A stretch of 64,000 bases of DNA, from assembly GCF_009914755.1 (NCBI RefSeq), contig NC_060934.1, one strand, 5' to 3'. Below the pieces are notes generated by a model. The model had not been told where the DNA came from. It made no database searches and was given only the letters and a program-made list of their open reading frames with translations. Of the stretch, positions 1 through 14,010 are shown piece by piece. Made by a program: the position numbers and the translations under genes. Position 1 is the stretch's first letter; the number at the start of each line of letters is the position of its first letter. The stretch comes from the human T2T-CHM13v2.0 reference genome, Homo sapiens.

Positions 1-2149
1 AATATTGATTCTTTGGAGGACACCCAAGACACCAAAATAAAGTTCTGAGAAGAATTATACAAACTAAATATGCAGGAGACAGGATAGTTACTCTGATCAA
101 ATAAGAATTTGAATGAGTGCCGTTGATTGGAACCTCAAAGGACATACCCCACCACTGTGGGAAAGTTTCACCTCCCTAGAGCAGAGGTCACAGGTTCCTC
201 CTTAACTTGGGCCTCAGTGCCCACTGCCTGGAACTGCTATTTATTTTTTCTACACATACTGCTTTTCCCTGGCTAGGTTAGATGCCCCTCATGGACAGGC
301 TGTTTCTGTAACTCCAATTTCTAGCCTGCACAATGCCTTAGATGTCATTGAAAAGCAATACAGCTCTGTTGTGAAAATTTATGCAGATGAAATGAATCGT
401 AGCTCCTGCAACTTATGTTGACTCGCTTAGAAAAAAAAGTAGAATGATGACTTCAGAATTATAAGAGAATAGAAGATGTTACATTTCTAAAATGCTTTTT
501 ATGTATTTGATCTAAAAATATTCAAACTTAAATGAGAAGTAAAACTTATTTGCACTACAAGCAACATAACAAACATCATATTCTGAGGAAAGGTAATTTC
601 ATCCATCAACCCATAGCTTCTCACAAAAGAACTCAGACATCCTGCTTTCTGTCACAAATATTAATACTTTTATAAAAAGGAAACAGATTAATAATATAAC
701 AAATCTGTGCAGAATGTGTTTCATTAATTTTCCAGGAAGGCAGCATTGCAGAATTACTTGAGAGTCAAGTTTAACCTTATTTTCTACTATGTACTTACTG
801 TTGTTCCAAAACATGATCAATTTATTTTCTGCAAGACACTGAGCATTGCTGCTAAAACAAGATTGATTCCGAATCTCTCCAAAGTAACTGCTTCTTTTAT
901 TTTTATTTTTTATCAATGTTAATGAAACCACAGTGTCTTGGCAAAATTCAATTTAAGATCCTTTTTCCACCTGGAATGTTTTGGGCACTTAAAAACCTTA
1001 GACATTTCTGGAACATGAGTTAGAAGAATATTTTTTTCTACAGTATTGTTTTAAAATAATATTCTAAAAAGATGTTATTTAAATGATATTCTAAAAGGAT
1101 TATTTTTTAAGGGGAGAGAAGAATTACTCTATTTTCATACAAATCCTCCACAGGGAAATAGACAATAATGACTGTTCTCGAGGAATTTTTGCGGTTATTT
1201 TTGCTCACAAACAATCTAAAGTGGAACATGCTATTAGAATACTTTCAGTACTGTGTGGTAAAACTAGTATTTACTGAAAAACTAAAATGAAAGGTTTATT
1301 TTACTAGTCAGGCTTACAAAATAAAACATCCTTAGAAAATGCATTTCAAAATAAATCTCATGAAATGGATATTTTGCCTTTGCACAATGATCTTTTAATT
1401 TTAGTAAATATTTAACTTGCCACAGAATAGTAGCAAAATATACTGTCATCACCATTCGTTCAGGTTTCTATCAATTTATTAAGCACCTACTTTACGCTAG
1501 GGAATATAATAGATTCTATCTATTCTATAATTATGTCTACTTTTACAAGTTACTATACAACTATTCTTTTCCAGCTAAAGCAAATATTTCTCTAATCCCA
1601 AATCATGTGAATGGTACTTTTAAAAAAATTCTTGAAGATTAAAAAGTTTGTGCTGTTTTGGATGATTCCTTTGGGCACAGTATATTTGCTTAGTATTCAT
1701 ACGTATTTAAAACTTTTTAAATATCCATGATACTACACATTATGGATGTAGCTTTATTGTTATGGTTATTAAATGAGCATTATTTAACAAAATATTAATA
1801 GGATCAGTATTCTGAGGGATTGCTTATATTTACATAATTTGTTTCTGAACATATCTCCATTCGGTTACTGAAAATTTAGCATCAGATAGATGTTTTAAAT
1901 ATAAACCGGTGATGAGCTAATCTTTTCAAGAGTCATATGACATTAATGTATTCCAGGATTTAGTTTTAGAAGAATATTAAAACTTAGGCTTCTGCTCTCA
2001 TTAATACCTCTAGTAAGAATTCATTTTTCTTTTGTCCTAGTTCCATTATCTTTAGTTTGAGCAGTGCTAAAATCTTCCTCTTACAGTGTATGTCTATATA
2101 TATGATTGTGTGTGTGTCGTGCATGTGTATGACTGTGTATTGAGCAGTA

Positions 2150-2650
2150 TATAGTAATTGAGAGTATGGGTATGAAATACAACAGATATGTGTTTTGATT
2201 CATCATTTCCAGACTTTGAGGTTAACCAATTTATTTATTTATTATTATTATTATTTTGGAGATGGAGTTTCACTCTTGTCACCCAGGCTGGAGTGCAATG
2301 GTGTGGATCTTGGCTCACTGCAACATTTGCCTCCCAAGTTCGAGCGATTCTCTTGCTTCAGCCTCCCGAGTAGCTGGGATTACAGGCGCCCACCACCACG
2401 CCCAGCTAATTTTTGTATTTTTAGTAGAGACAATGTTTCGCCATGTTGGCCAGGCTGGTCTTGAACTCCTGACCTCAGGTGATCCACCTGCCTCGGCCTC
2501 CCAAAATGCTGGGATTATAGGCGTGAGCCACAGCTAAATTATTCAAGTTCGTTAGCCTTATTTTTGTCAACTGTAAAATGGGATGGTATAAGCTATTGTG
2601 TTGTAATATGTTAGATCCATGTCACATAACTTCAATAAACAGGAGCTATT
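2150..2650 (+). mobile_element. MIR SINE remnant split by an Alu
   Basis: Degenerate MIR core (gtcaactgtaaaatgggatggtataa ... ttcaataaacaggagctatt) on both sides of the Alu. Confidence 0.5.
2230..2531 (-). mobile_element. AluS (Sq/Sp-like)
   Basis: (TTA)n tail, gagatggagtttcactcttgtcacccaggctggagtgcaatgg ... gggattataggcgtgagccac; degenerate TSD aaccaatttatt/agctaaattatt. Confidence 0.95.
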
Positions 2651-4394
2651 TATTTTATGTTAACAAATGTTCTCCTCATACTTATTGTTGATTTTTGATG
2701 AAATATTTTATTTAATCACAGTAAATGTCTAATAAGTATTTCTTAAGCTGAATGCCTTGGATCACATTTCTAGGTGAAAAAAGAATCATTAGCAACTGAA
2801 AGCCTTAATTACTCAATCACTGATGGCTGTACAACATATCTGCTATCAAAATGCCACATTTTCTGTAATATATTTAAATCCATAATTGTTTCATAAATCT
2901 TCCTGTAGAAAACATTTAAAAAGTTACATAATCTCAGCATCTAGATTTTATTTTTCATTGATAATTAATACAAGAATGAAAATATCTCTGTTGCAAAAGA
3001 GATCAGTTCTGTAACAACCCAGATTAGCAAAAAATATAAACATAAGTTTCATGTCTTGTTTCAAAAAATGTACAAAGATATGCAATTCACTCAATGTTTA
3101 TGCCTTTAAAATTAACGTCTAAAGCAATCTGACTTTGCAAATTAAGTGGGAAGAGTTTTTGAAACAATATGCTTATTTTAACCAAAGTCTAATATACTGA
3201 AAAAGGTGATTAGTTGCCATTGAAAACAGTAGTCCAGGCAACAGGATTTAGTGGCATCTGTGTAAAACAATTCAGTGACTATATTCCAGTGTTCTCATTA
3301 GTTCACTTCTAAAAAAATACATTTTATTAGCTAAAAACTGCTTATTGATCTCAAAAATAGTATTTTAAACAGTGGTCATAGGTGCTTTGGTAGCCCACAG
3401 AAAGGATATAGCAAAACTATAGAACTTAGAGGCAAATTTGGAGAAAATAATTTGCTAACGTTAACAACATATAATGGGCATGCAATTCATGCAGACCTAT
3501 ATTTCCCAACTAGGCATTCGGGCTGTGCATAAAATTATTTAGATAAAGATATTATGTAACAGTAAGTATTTTGTTAAAGTGTAAAGGCATAACCTTAAAG
3601 TCATGGTTAGCACCCTTTAAAGAGAAAAAAGACCTGTCATATTCCAGACCATCACTGAGAACTACAACTGCATTATATAAGAAATCAAGAAAAAGATATA
3701 TAAACCAAAATAGGTCCACTATTTCAATATGTGGTTAAGGTCACTTTCATTATGTTCTCTAGATGCTTGTGTGCTGGTTTATGACTACCTGGAAGAGAAA
3801 ATGTTTCTTCCTAGGCTTATTTGTGTCTGAATTATCCATATCTTTTCTGGTTGGCAATCCATATCATAGGCACAGTAGCATATCAGGGTGGAAATAAAGC
3901 ACGAGTGTTTCTAGCCTTGGTCCTTAAATGCTATTTTGTTACAACACATGCTTTTATTCCCTAATTCTGGGATACTGGAGTTTCCTATTTTCTCCTGTGG
4001 CTCAAGACTTTTTCTTCTATCTTCATTTATATTTTTATATTTTACTGTTATCTTTACACCATTGCACAATAACCAAAATCCTGATTTATCTTTCACAATT
4101 TAAGCAGTACATTTTATATATAGTATAGGTTTTATTTCATTTTGTTTTTTCTTTTTGGTTTTTGGTTTTGGTTTTCTTTTATTTTTACAATTCTCTCCAA
4201 TCCCAGAAATTAAGGAGTCTATAACTTTATCTTGAGCGTCTCTGATATTGCACATGGGATTTGATCATAAACTAAAAAAAAAAAAAAGTTAAGTCAAATA
4301 GAGAGGGTGAAAACACAATGCAAAGAATATGTAGGACTTCAGTATTTTGCCTAGAATCACTTATCTCTAATTAAAAATGTATACAAATGAAGTA

Positions 4395-5225
4395 GCATAT
4401 TAGTGCATTACCTTTCTCATATAACAAGGCATAGACATGGCCAGGATTAAATTGGCAGCTAGGTTGCATCATCAGGAACTGAAATGCTTTTATCTTTCTA
4501 TTTGGCATCATCAACAAATTAGCATTTGCTCTCAGGCTTAGTCACTCTGCTCACACCATGGCTGCATTACTCTAGCTATCAAGTTTTCACACAAATATGT
4601 CAACATGTGAGAAAGAAAATATTTCCTTCTGCCTGTCTTTCTGAGAAATCCCTGTGTGGTCTTCCTCTCAGGTCCCATTGGCCTGGATAAAGTTACATGC
4701 TTATTATCCTGCTGTAAACTGAACTATGTCCTTTCCAAAATCCATATGTTGAAGCTCTAAACCACATGACTATGTCTGGAGATAGGGCCTTTAGGGGGCA
4801 ATTGAGGTTAAATGAGATAATAAGGGTGAGGCCTGACCTAATTGGATTGGTGGCCTTCTAAGACGAGAAAGAGAGGGAGATCACTCTTTCTCTGTGAGCA
4901 TCCACCAAGGAAAGACCATGTGAGCACACAGGGAAGGAGGCAACTTTTCGTGTACAGCTTACGAGGCAAGCCGTCACCAGACATCAATCCTGTTGGCATC
5001 TTAATATTGGACTTCCACGATCCAAAACTGTGAAAAAATAAATTTATATTGTTTAAGCTACCCAATCTATGGTATTTTCTTATAGCAACCTGTGTAGACT
5101 AAGAGAAATCTTAACTTCACAAAAGGCTGAGGAAGCATGAAAACTCTCTGGCATTTTCAGCTTTTATGTGGAAGTTGGTCTCTGTCAACAAACCAAAAGT
5201 AGAGTTTACGAACTAGCCATAACTT
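4395..5225 (-). mobile_element. Old MaLR LTR (MLT1J/K-like) interrupted by an MLT1A LTR
   Basis: ttcctctcaggtcccattggcc...catg and aaaggctgaggaagc motifs flank the nested LTR. Confidence 0.45.
4710..5106 (+). mobile_element. MaLR solo LTR (MLT1A-like)
   Basis: tgctgtaaactgaactatgtcc..aaaatccatatgttgaagctcta; ttggacttcca..aactgtgaaaaaataaattt..gtttaagctaccca..tatggtatttt..atagcaacc..actaaga. Confidence 0.85.
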
Positions 5226-5281
5226 AAAAAAAAGAGACAGAGAGAGACAACAGACTCAGAAAATGCTTCAGATTAAACAGT

Positions 5282-5283
<2 letters not shown>

Positions 5284-5316
<33 letters not shown>
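5284..5316. repeat. (TG)16 microsatellite
   Basis: Directly visible. Confidence 0.98.
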
Positions 5317-5318
<2 letters not shown>

Positions 5319-7920
5319 TAATCCTTATTATTCCAGAAGTCAATTGGGAGGATAGTGAACATATGCCTGAGAGGAGAAGGGTTGTAGCAGGCCTTGGATG
5401 TCTTCAGCCTAGCTCCAAAATAGGGAGCATGAACTTGGTATTTAATAGAAAGAGAAAACCTTATTTCACTATTCTACAACCCATTTTAATTCTAGGGCTC
5501 TACATTCCCCTTAATGACCAGCCTGGTATAATTGGGAGGTGTGAACTCAGAAATGCCTCTCAGAAGGAACCTTCTTGATTCAACTTGAAGCTGTCAATAC
5601 CATGTGACTCTGCCCATGAACTTTCTACGATTCAGACTGTTAGGTTCAGTGGTGTTTTAAGTTCCTGATCCCTGTCCTGCAGTATTAGACACAACAAATA
5701 TCCAAAATCCTAGAGAATTTTCCTATCGATAAAAAAATTCAAAATAGTCTAAAACAAATACAATGAGGAAACAAAGGTTATAACCAGGTGGTTCATTTTA
5801 AAACATAAGAAAACGTCAAGGAGAAGGTAGCAACAACAGTTAACTCAGAAGAATCCAGGGCATTAAATTACTTGCCTCTTTCCTGAGGAGCCTGCAATAT
5901 TCTTTAAGTTTTATTTAATAAATGGTCATGTTCATTCTTATTCTTCTCCTTTTTTCCCCATTTAAATCTATGCTTGTCATCCATTACAGCTTGATTGTCC
6001 CTCTATGCTGAGGGCTGCAACACAATCTTTGTAATTTTCTCTACATTCTACTCTGGCTGAGGAGTGGTGCTGGATGGTGAACCCTACCTGGGCAGTTTCA
6101 AGACTTTTTAGTGCAAGAGAAAACACTGCTGCCAGGCTTGCACCAATATCCTATCAGCGGTGCCAATTCACTTTGGCTTTGAGGTTGATTTGAACTGAGA
6201 GTCATTTTCTTGCATATATTAAATATTTTTAAATGGATGTAGGTCAGAGAACACTTTATTGCTAGACATTAGTAATGGTTGGTAAGACATTGAAAAAAAA
6301 TTTTCATTAACCCAAAAGTTTAAGTTCTAAAAGCAATTCTAGACAAGCGTACAAAATCATATGCAAAAAGATACTCATTTCAATGTTGCTCATGAAACAT
6401 AAAAGTATAAGCTAGTATGCATCAAAAATAAATTATATCTATGCAATGAAATACCAGTGCAAAAAAAGGCAATATATTCTATTAAGTTGTACACAGATAT
6501 TAATGGTAATTTGAGTGCTCAACATGTGCAGATATTGTAATATTCCTAATAAAAACTAATACACATGAAAACATTGAGAAATAGTAAAATTACATTACTT
6601 CCTTAAGGTCACGGAGCTTAAACTTGACTAAAAGAAAGTTTGAACCTAGTTCTATGTAACTCCAGATAGAGATCTATTAATTCCTTCATAAGACCACAAG
6701 AGCTGCTAGATCTTCAAAATATTCCTCACTAATGTAACAACTTTAACCAGTTTGCAGTTGATCAAAGCTGTTTTTTTTAAGTATCATGATTTTTACACTG
6801 TCATAATATTATTCACAGTTGGGACGAGATATTGGGGAAATACGGTCCTGGGCATAAAAAGGACCAAGAACCAATAAAATGTAAGCAATTTGGAACCATA
6901 AATCTAGATAGAAAATAAAGGGAACAATGCTGTTGGTTAATGAAGTATGCACAAAACACACAACATAATATGAGGGTAGAGGAAAGAAGATAGTTTTTAA
7001 GTGTGGTAGAAAGAGAAATATGCTTCTCCTTTGTGTACAAAGACAGGTGTTTCTCTTGAAGTCAGTGGCACTACAGACATGGCCAATGTACACATTGGAT
7101 TTTCCAAGAAAGTTCCCAATATACGTAAGTTTATTGTTTTCAATTAGAGTAGCTCAATGAAAATTACAACTAAATATCTGTTTCTAATGGTTGAAAAGTT
7201 TTCAAATGCAGATAATTTTACAATCAGAAAAATATTTTGTTAGAACAATTATTTTACTTTGAATTTTGGAAAATATAGGAACTATAATCAGAAAATTTTG
7301 GTTTAGCTACCTATTTATTAGGATGATAAAAGTAATATGGATGACTTGGTTGTTTCTAGATTATCCAGCCTCTGCAGCTAAATTTTCCCAGGGCTTTATG
7401 AACAAGAATATCTACTAATAATAGCAATAATAGCAATGATGATGAAGCTAATTAAAAAAAAACCAGAACAAGAAAATATATGAATTGAAGCTTTCCTTTT
7501 TGCAAAGCTCTGTGATAAGCACTTTTCAGGTATTTTCTCAAGCAGATAGTGCACATATATCTTAGAGAATGTATACATTTTTTGCCATGTTACAAAACAG
7601 TAATCTTATTTGGAGAAACTACATAACTTGCACTAAGTAACACAACTGTTAAAGGCTAAACAGAGACTCTTTCTCTCCAGTTCGTTTGATTCCATATCCC
7701 TTGATCCCCATGCCTCTAGAAGAGTAAGACGTGCGTTATATAAATATATAATAGTAAACATGAACAAATCTAGAGGAAGGAAAGCCAGCCTTTACTTGTT
7801 ACTCCAGAGTTGAGGGTCTCCTTTTGAAAGAAAACGTGCAGACACTGCTGACTTGTGATCTTTTGACTGGGATGCAGTATGGGAATATGACTAGCACCTA
7901 AGTAAAAACTCTATGCCCCT

Positions 7921-8288
<368 letters not shown>

Positions 8289-9299
8289 TTACCTCTTCAA
8301 TAAAATAAAAAAGGGTAATAATTGCCTGTTTCTTAGGAGCAAATGCAATATTAGGGGTATATAATTTAAACAATAGTTCATATGCATAATAAAAACTCAA
8401 TAAATTATTGATAATACTGTTCTTATATTGCAGCCTATTGCATGATTATATTTTCTTCTTTATCTGAACTTGAATAAAATAGTGCTTTACCTTACAACTT
8501 GAGGAATGATAATCCTTGCAAGGGACAACTCATCTTTCATTACATGAGCTTGAAAAATCACAGCACCAGATGCTCCACACTTACAGTGAGTCTCTACTAT
8601 ATACAAAACACTGGCCCTGGCATTGGAGCCTCATGAATGAAAGACAAACAGCTTCCTTAACTTTATGGACATTTCAGTATTCTGTGTGGTGTGGTATGTT
8701 TCACAGCAGGAGGGAATTGAAAGAATGTGAGACACAAGACCTACTTTTGGGGCTTAGGTTTCAGAAGACAAAATAATCACCAATGAAACAGAGAGTGTCC
8801 TGGTGCTAAGCCATTAACTTTAAACACAACATTCAGAGAAAATTAGAATGTAGGAGAAAACCTCTAGGAGGAATCTCTAGAAGAGGAAAATCTAAAGAAA
8901 TGTGAAATGTAATGATACTCAGCCTAAAAATATTTTAATGTTTAAATTTAGTATACACTTTTTTCAGACACACAAAAGTATATGATGACCATTATATGCT
9001 TGCCTCTCAGCTGAGTGTTATCAATACCAGTTGACGCTGCCTTTGAACACATTTCTGCTGCATCATGTGATTCTTACAGATGTATAAGTCTGGACATCTA
9101 TGTAATGTACTAGAAATAAAACACTTTTAATGATGTCATAAACAAGATTACTTACTTGCATGATATGCATAAACAGATATGCTCTGCTGCTGCAACACAT
9201 CCCCATGTAGGGTACACGTATAGCTGATTTGTGACCTCTGGTATAGCTCTACAGTTTAGAACCAAGGGGAATCTACCTGTATTTTGCTAGTGTACTAGA

Positions 9300-9450
9300 C
9301 ACTTTCTCACATATTAGCTTATTTAATTCTCACAGGTATTTTATTTTTTCCAATTTTCAGATAAGAAAACTGTACCTCCTGTGAGATTCTGTCCAGGGTC
9401 ACATGAGTAAGCAGAAGAGCTGGGTTTCTACTCAGTCCTTCTGACCACAA
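9300..9450 (-). mobile_element. MIR
   Basis: tttaattctcaca..attttcagataagaaaactg..ccagggtcacatgagtaagcagaagagctggg. Confidence 0.7.
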
Positions 9451-9529
9451 ATTTACTTCAGTGTCTCTGTCCCAGTCCTGATGCTATTCAGAGATGTGAT
9501 AACATTTAGGTTCCGTGATAATCCTACAT

Positions 9530-9740
9530 GGGTTTCAAATACTGGTTTTAACAAATGCTGTGTGTGTTACTTTGAGCAAGTTACTTGAACTCCTTAGGTT
9601 TAACTTTTCTAATTTTCAAAGTAGAAGGAATAATGAAAACTATGTATTAAGAATATTCTAAATATTTCACGGAGCCACTTATTAAAAGTAATTAGCATTA
9701 TCCCAGACACATAGTAAATGCTTAATGATAATAGTTATGA
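9530..9740 (+). mobile_element. MIR
   Basis: actttgagcaagttacttgaactcc..cacatagtaaatgcttaat. Confidence 0.7.
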
Positions 9741-11353
9741 TTGATATTTCTTTTGTGAAGGTGATTTTAAAGCTCTACAGCAAAATGTACAAGGCTGACA
9801 CTTGGAATTTCTATGTAAATGAGTTGGCTTTGGGAGGCAAATATAGTGGATGTTGGTTATGACCAACTGTCAGAGAGCATCTGCTGCCTGCATGGAGCTG
9901 GGCTGTCCTTTTCTCTATGATTAAATAGCCCAGAACCTTGAAAACTGAGGTCTCCTCCTTATTCCACAATGACTGCATTAAAATCCTTCTCTTTCCTCTA
10001 GGGACTAGTCAGTTCAGCCTTATAACGACTTTCAAAATGCTGGAGAAAGGTTTGGCTTCCTGGAAAAAATTATACTAAAGAGTAAACGCATAGAATTAAA
10101 AGATATCATCTTCTTTGATAAATACAAAGTTAAAGCTGAAGGCTTCCTTTACTACCACTCCACTACCATCCTGTAACCTAATCCTCTGACATATTTCCCC
10201 TCCCACAAGAAGAGGAACACCGAATCTGAACTAGAAACAATCACTTTTCAGTTCATAAAACATAAATCTGAGTTTTTATTAAAAAAGAAAGCTGCTGAAA
10301 TTTTGTTAACGAATGCAATGAATCTATAGATCAATTTGGATAGAATTGATACCTTAACAATATTGAGTCTTCAAAGAGCATGGTAAAATGTTATCTCAAA
10401 ATATTTCTAATTTATAAATGCTATTTTTTAAAATTTTCATTTTCAAAATGTTTATTGTCAGCAATTAGTTTCTGTATACCGATCTTGCATTGTAATTTTG
10501 CCAGTTATTAATTCTGATAATTTTTCTTTCAGCTTTTAATTTTCTATAGATTCATATTCTATGTAGAAAATCATGTCCCCATAGAGATTTTTTCCTCTCT
10601 CTTTTTCTCATGAATTGCTATCTCTTTCCTCTTCTGTTCCCATTTTGATGCACTAACTATGTTGAATGAAAGTGGTAGAACCAGTCATGTTTGCCTTATT
10701 CTTGGTACTAGGGAAACAGAATTTTTCTTTATTAAATGTGATGGTAGCAGGAGGATGCTTTCACAAACACCTTTTATTAGGTTTAAGAGTGTTGTTTTTT
10801 TTTTTAATTTAAATCACAAATGATTGAATTTTGACAAATGCTTATTATTTACTGAAAGAACTACTTTAACTGATCACCTTTTTTTTCCCTTTTCAGTATA
10901 TTAATTTGGTATATTTGACTTTCTGATATAAATTCCTTTTGATCATAATTGTTATATGTTTCTGAATTCAAATTACTACAATCGATTTTGTGAAGGACTT
11001 TTGCATCTATGCCTATAATGAACATTGTTATATAGTTTTCTTGATTTTATTATTTCTTTCCCTTTTTTGGTATTAAGTTAATGTTGGCTTCATAAAGTGA
11101 ATTTGGAAATATTTATTCTCCAGCTTCTGCATTGCAGAAGAGTTGTAAATATCTGGCATCATTTCTTCCTTAAATATTTAATGGAATTACCCAACAGGTT
11201 CATTTAGGCCTACAGTTATTACTGTGAGGAGAATTTTAACTGCTAATTCAATTATTTTAAATAAACATAGAACAATTCAAATTATATTTTCTTCAGCAGG
11301 TTTTATCAGTTTGGACCTTCTACGAATTTTTTCTATCGTATCTAAGTTTTTAA

Positions 11354-11629
<276 letters not shown>

Positions 11630-12281
11630 TCATTATTTTTGTGTGTGTATTGAAACTCCAGTGATGTCAGCTTTTTCATCCTTGGTATCAATAATCTTTT
11701 TTTCTTTATTGATATGGTTAAATGTTTTCCAATTAATTTCTTTTTAAGGAAGCTGCTTTTTTCCTGTGTTTTTTGTTTCTTTTTCTCTGTCTTTATAATT
11801 TTGTTCCATTTGATTAGTTTGAATTTAACTCATTTTTTATGTTCTGATGTCTTATAGTGGAAGCTTAGATAATTGTTTCTGACCATTCATTTTTTTTTCC
11901 AGGATAAGCAACTAAGATGATAGATTTCCCTGTAAGCACTGCTTTAGTTGCATCCCAAACGTTAATGTTTTGTCTTTTTTCCCATTCAACTTCTTTTCTC
12001 ATCTTGTGATTATTTTTTATTCTTTCTTTATAGCAGTACTTTCATTCTCAAGTAGTTAGAAATTTTTCAGATATTTTCATTTTTTTCTATTTTTAATGTA
12101 ATTGGATTGTGGTAAGAGAAGATACTTTGTATTATTTCAATTTCATTAAATCTGGTGATTTTATTTTTTTATGGCCCAGAATAGTCTACCCTGGTAAATG
12201 CGCCAGGTGAGCTTAAACAGAGTGTATAGTCTTCTATTTCTGGGTGAAATGCTTGATGAATGTCAGTTATGTCTAGTTGGT

Positions 12282-12652
12282 TGATATGTTTCGATGTGTC
12301 CCCACCCAAATGTCATTTTGAATTGTAACTCCCATAATTGCCATGTGTCATGGAACGAACCCTATGGGAGGTGATTGAATTATGGGGGCGGGTCTTTCCC
12401 ATGCTGTTGTCCTGATAGTGAATAAGTCATGCAATCTGATGTCCTTAAAAAAAAACGGGAGTTTGCCTGTGCAACTTCTCTCTTTGCCTGCCATCATCTA
12501 CATAAGATGTGACTTGCTCCTCCTTGCCTTCTGCCATGATTGTGAGGCCTCCCCAGCCAAGTAGAACTGTGAGTCCAATTAAGCCTCTTCCTTTTGTAAA
12601 TTGCCAAGTCTTGGTTATGTCTTTATCAGCAGCATGAAAACGGACTAACACA
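12282..12652 (+). mobile_element. THE1 (B/C-like) solo LTR
   Basis: tgatatg..tgtgtccccacccaaat ... cagcagcatgaaaacggactaacaca; perfect 5-bp TSD ttggt (12277-12281 / 12653-12657). Confidence 0.95.
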
Positions 12653-13077
12653 TTGGTTCATAGGATTGTTCAAGTCTTTGTATTATAATTTTCTCTATAA
12701 TTTTACTAGTATTTAGAAAGTATAAATATCAGTAACTATTATTGTGGGTTAGGCTGTTTTTATTTCAATTCTATTAGTTTTGGAATATATAATTTGAATA
12801 TGTAATGTGTTAAGTGCTTATACAATTATGTACCCTTGTGTTTGACTATGTGCATGTATTTGTGTGTGTCTGTCCTCTTCATCATCAACAAACTCATGAG
12901 AAGCTTCTGAATTGAAGCCTGGATGAGAATGAAGTATGACTGCCTACCAGAAATGTGACAAAAGTCAAGTTTATAACTTCTCTTAGACTCAGATTGGCCA
13001 TCTTCAAAATTAGAATGTGTTCTATCTCACATCATGGTTTAGGGACATGAATTTAATTTTTAAAAATCTATGAAGCA

Positions 13078-13377
<300 letters not shown>

Positions 13378-13539
13378 AATCTATGAAGCACTTACCATAT
13401 GGTCTAGAAACATAAAAGACAATCATTAGTGGCAATTCTTTGTTAATAGGTTTTATAGCTACCTTGGTGAAGAGTAGGATTAATTATAGAATTGTATAAA
13501 ATTAACTACTAAACTTGAGGCATAATTTCTTTCCTATGG

Positions 13540-14010
13540 CTCCTACCTAACTCTCCAGTCTCCTCTTATAAAGTACTTCTCCACCAGGCAACTACGCTCA
13601 AAACACAATAATGTTCTCTTTGTTCTCATAGGACATCATGAAATTTTCAATTCCATGTAATTCTTCAAATCCCAGCAAACTGTAAAGTCCTTGGTAAAGC
13701 TTTTGCTAATTCTCCTAGAGTAAGGGAGATTATCACTACACTTATCTGTAATCCACATAACATTCTGTATGCTCATTTTTTGCCCTTCTAGTTTAACATT
13801 AGAGGTTGTTTATTTATACGACTCCATCAACCTGCAAACACTGAAATGGCAGAAAAGGCATAGTTTGTTTCATCTTTGTATCTCCAGTAAGCAGAATTGA
13901 TTAATTAACTATAGTAAAGCTTAATGTACATGCATGTTCTGTAATTCAGTCACAAACATTTACTGTGCAGCTGTGTTAGCCAATCCTTGTCCTTGGTATC
14001 GAGATGGGAA
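13540..14010. mobile_element. L2 3' fragments
   Basis: tttcatctttgtatctccag..atagtaaagcttaat (+) followed by acaaacatttactgtgc (-). Confidence 0.5.

Noticed and set aside
2188-2537. Alu-derived ORFs (also at 7989, 11426, 13022, 40066, 46564)
   Set aside because: Typical antisense-Alu translations, not genes
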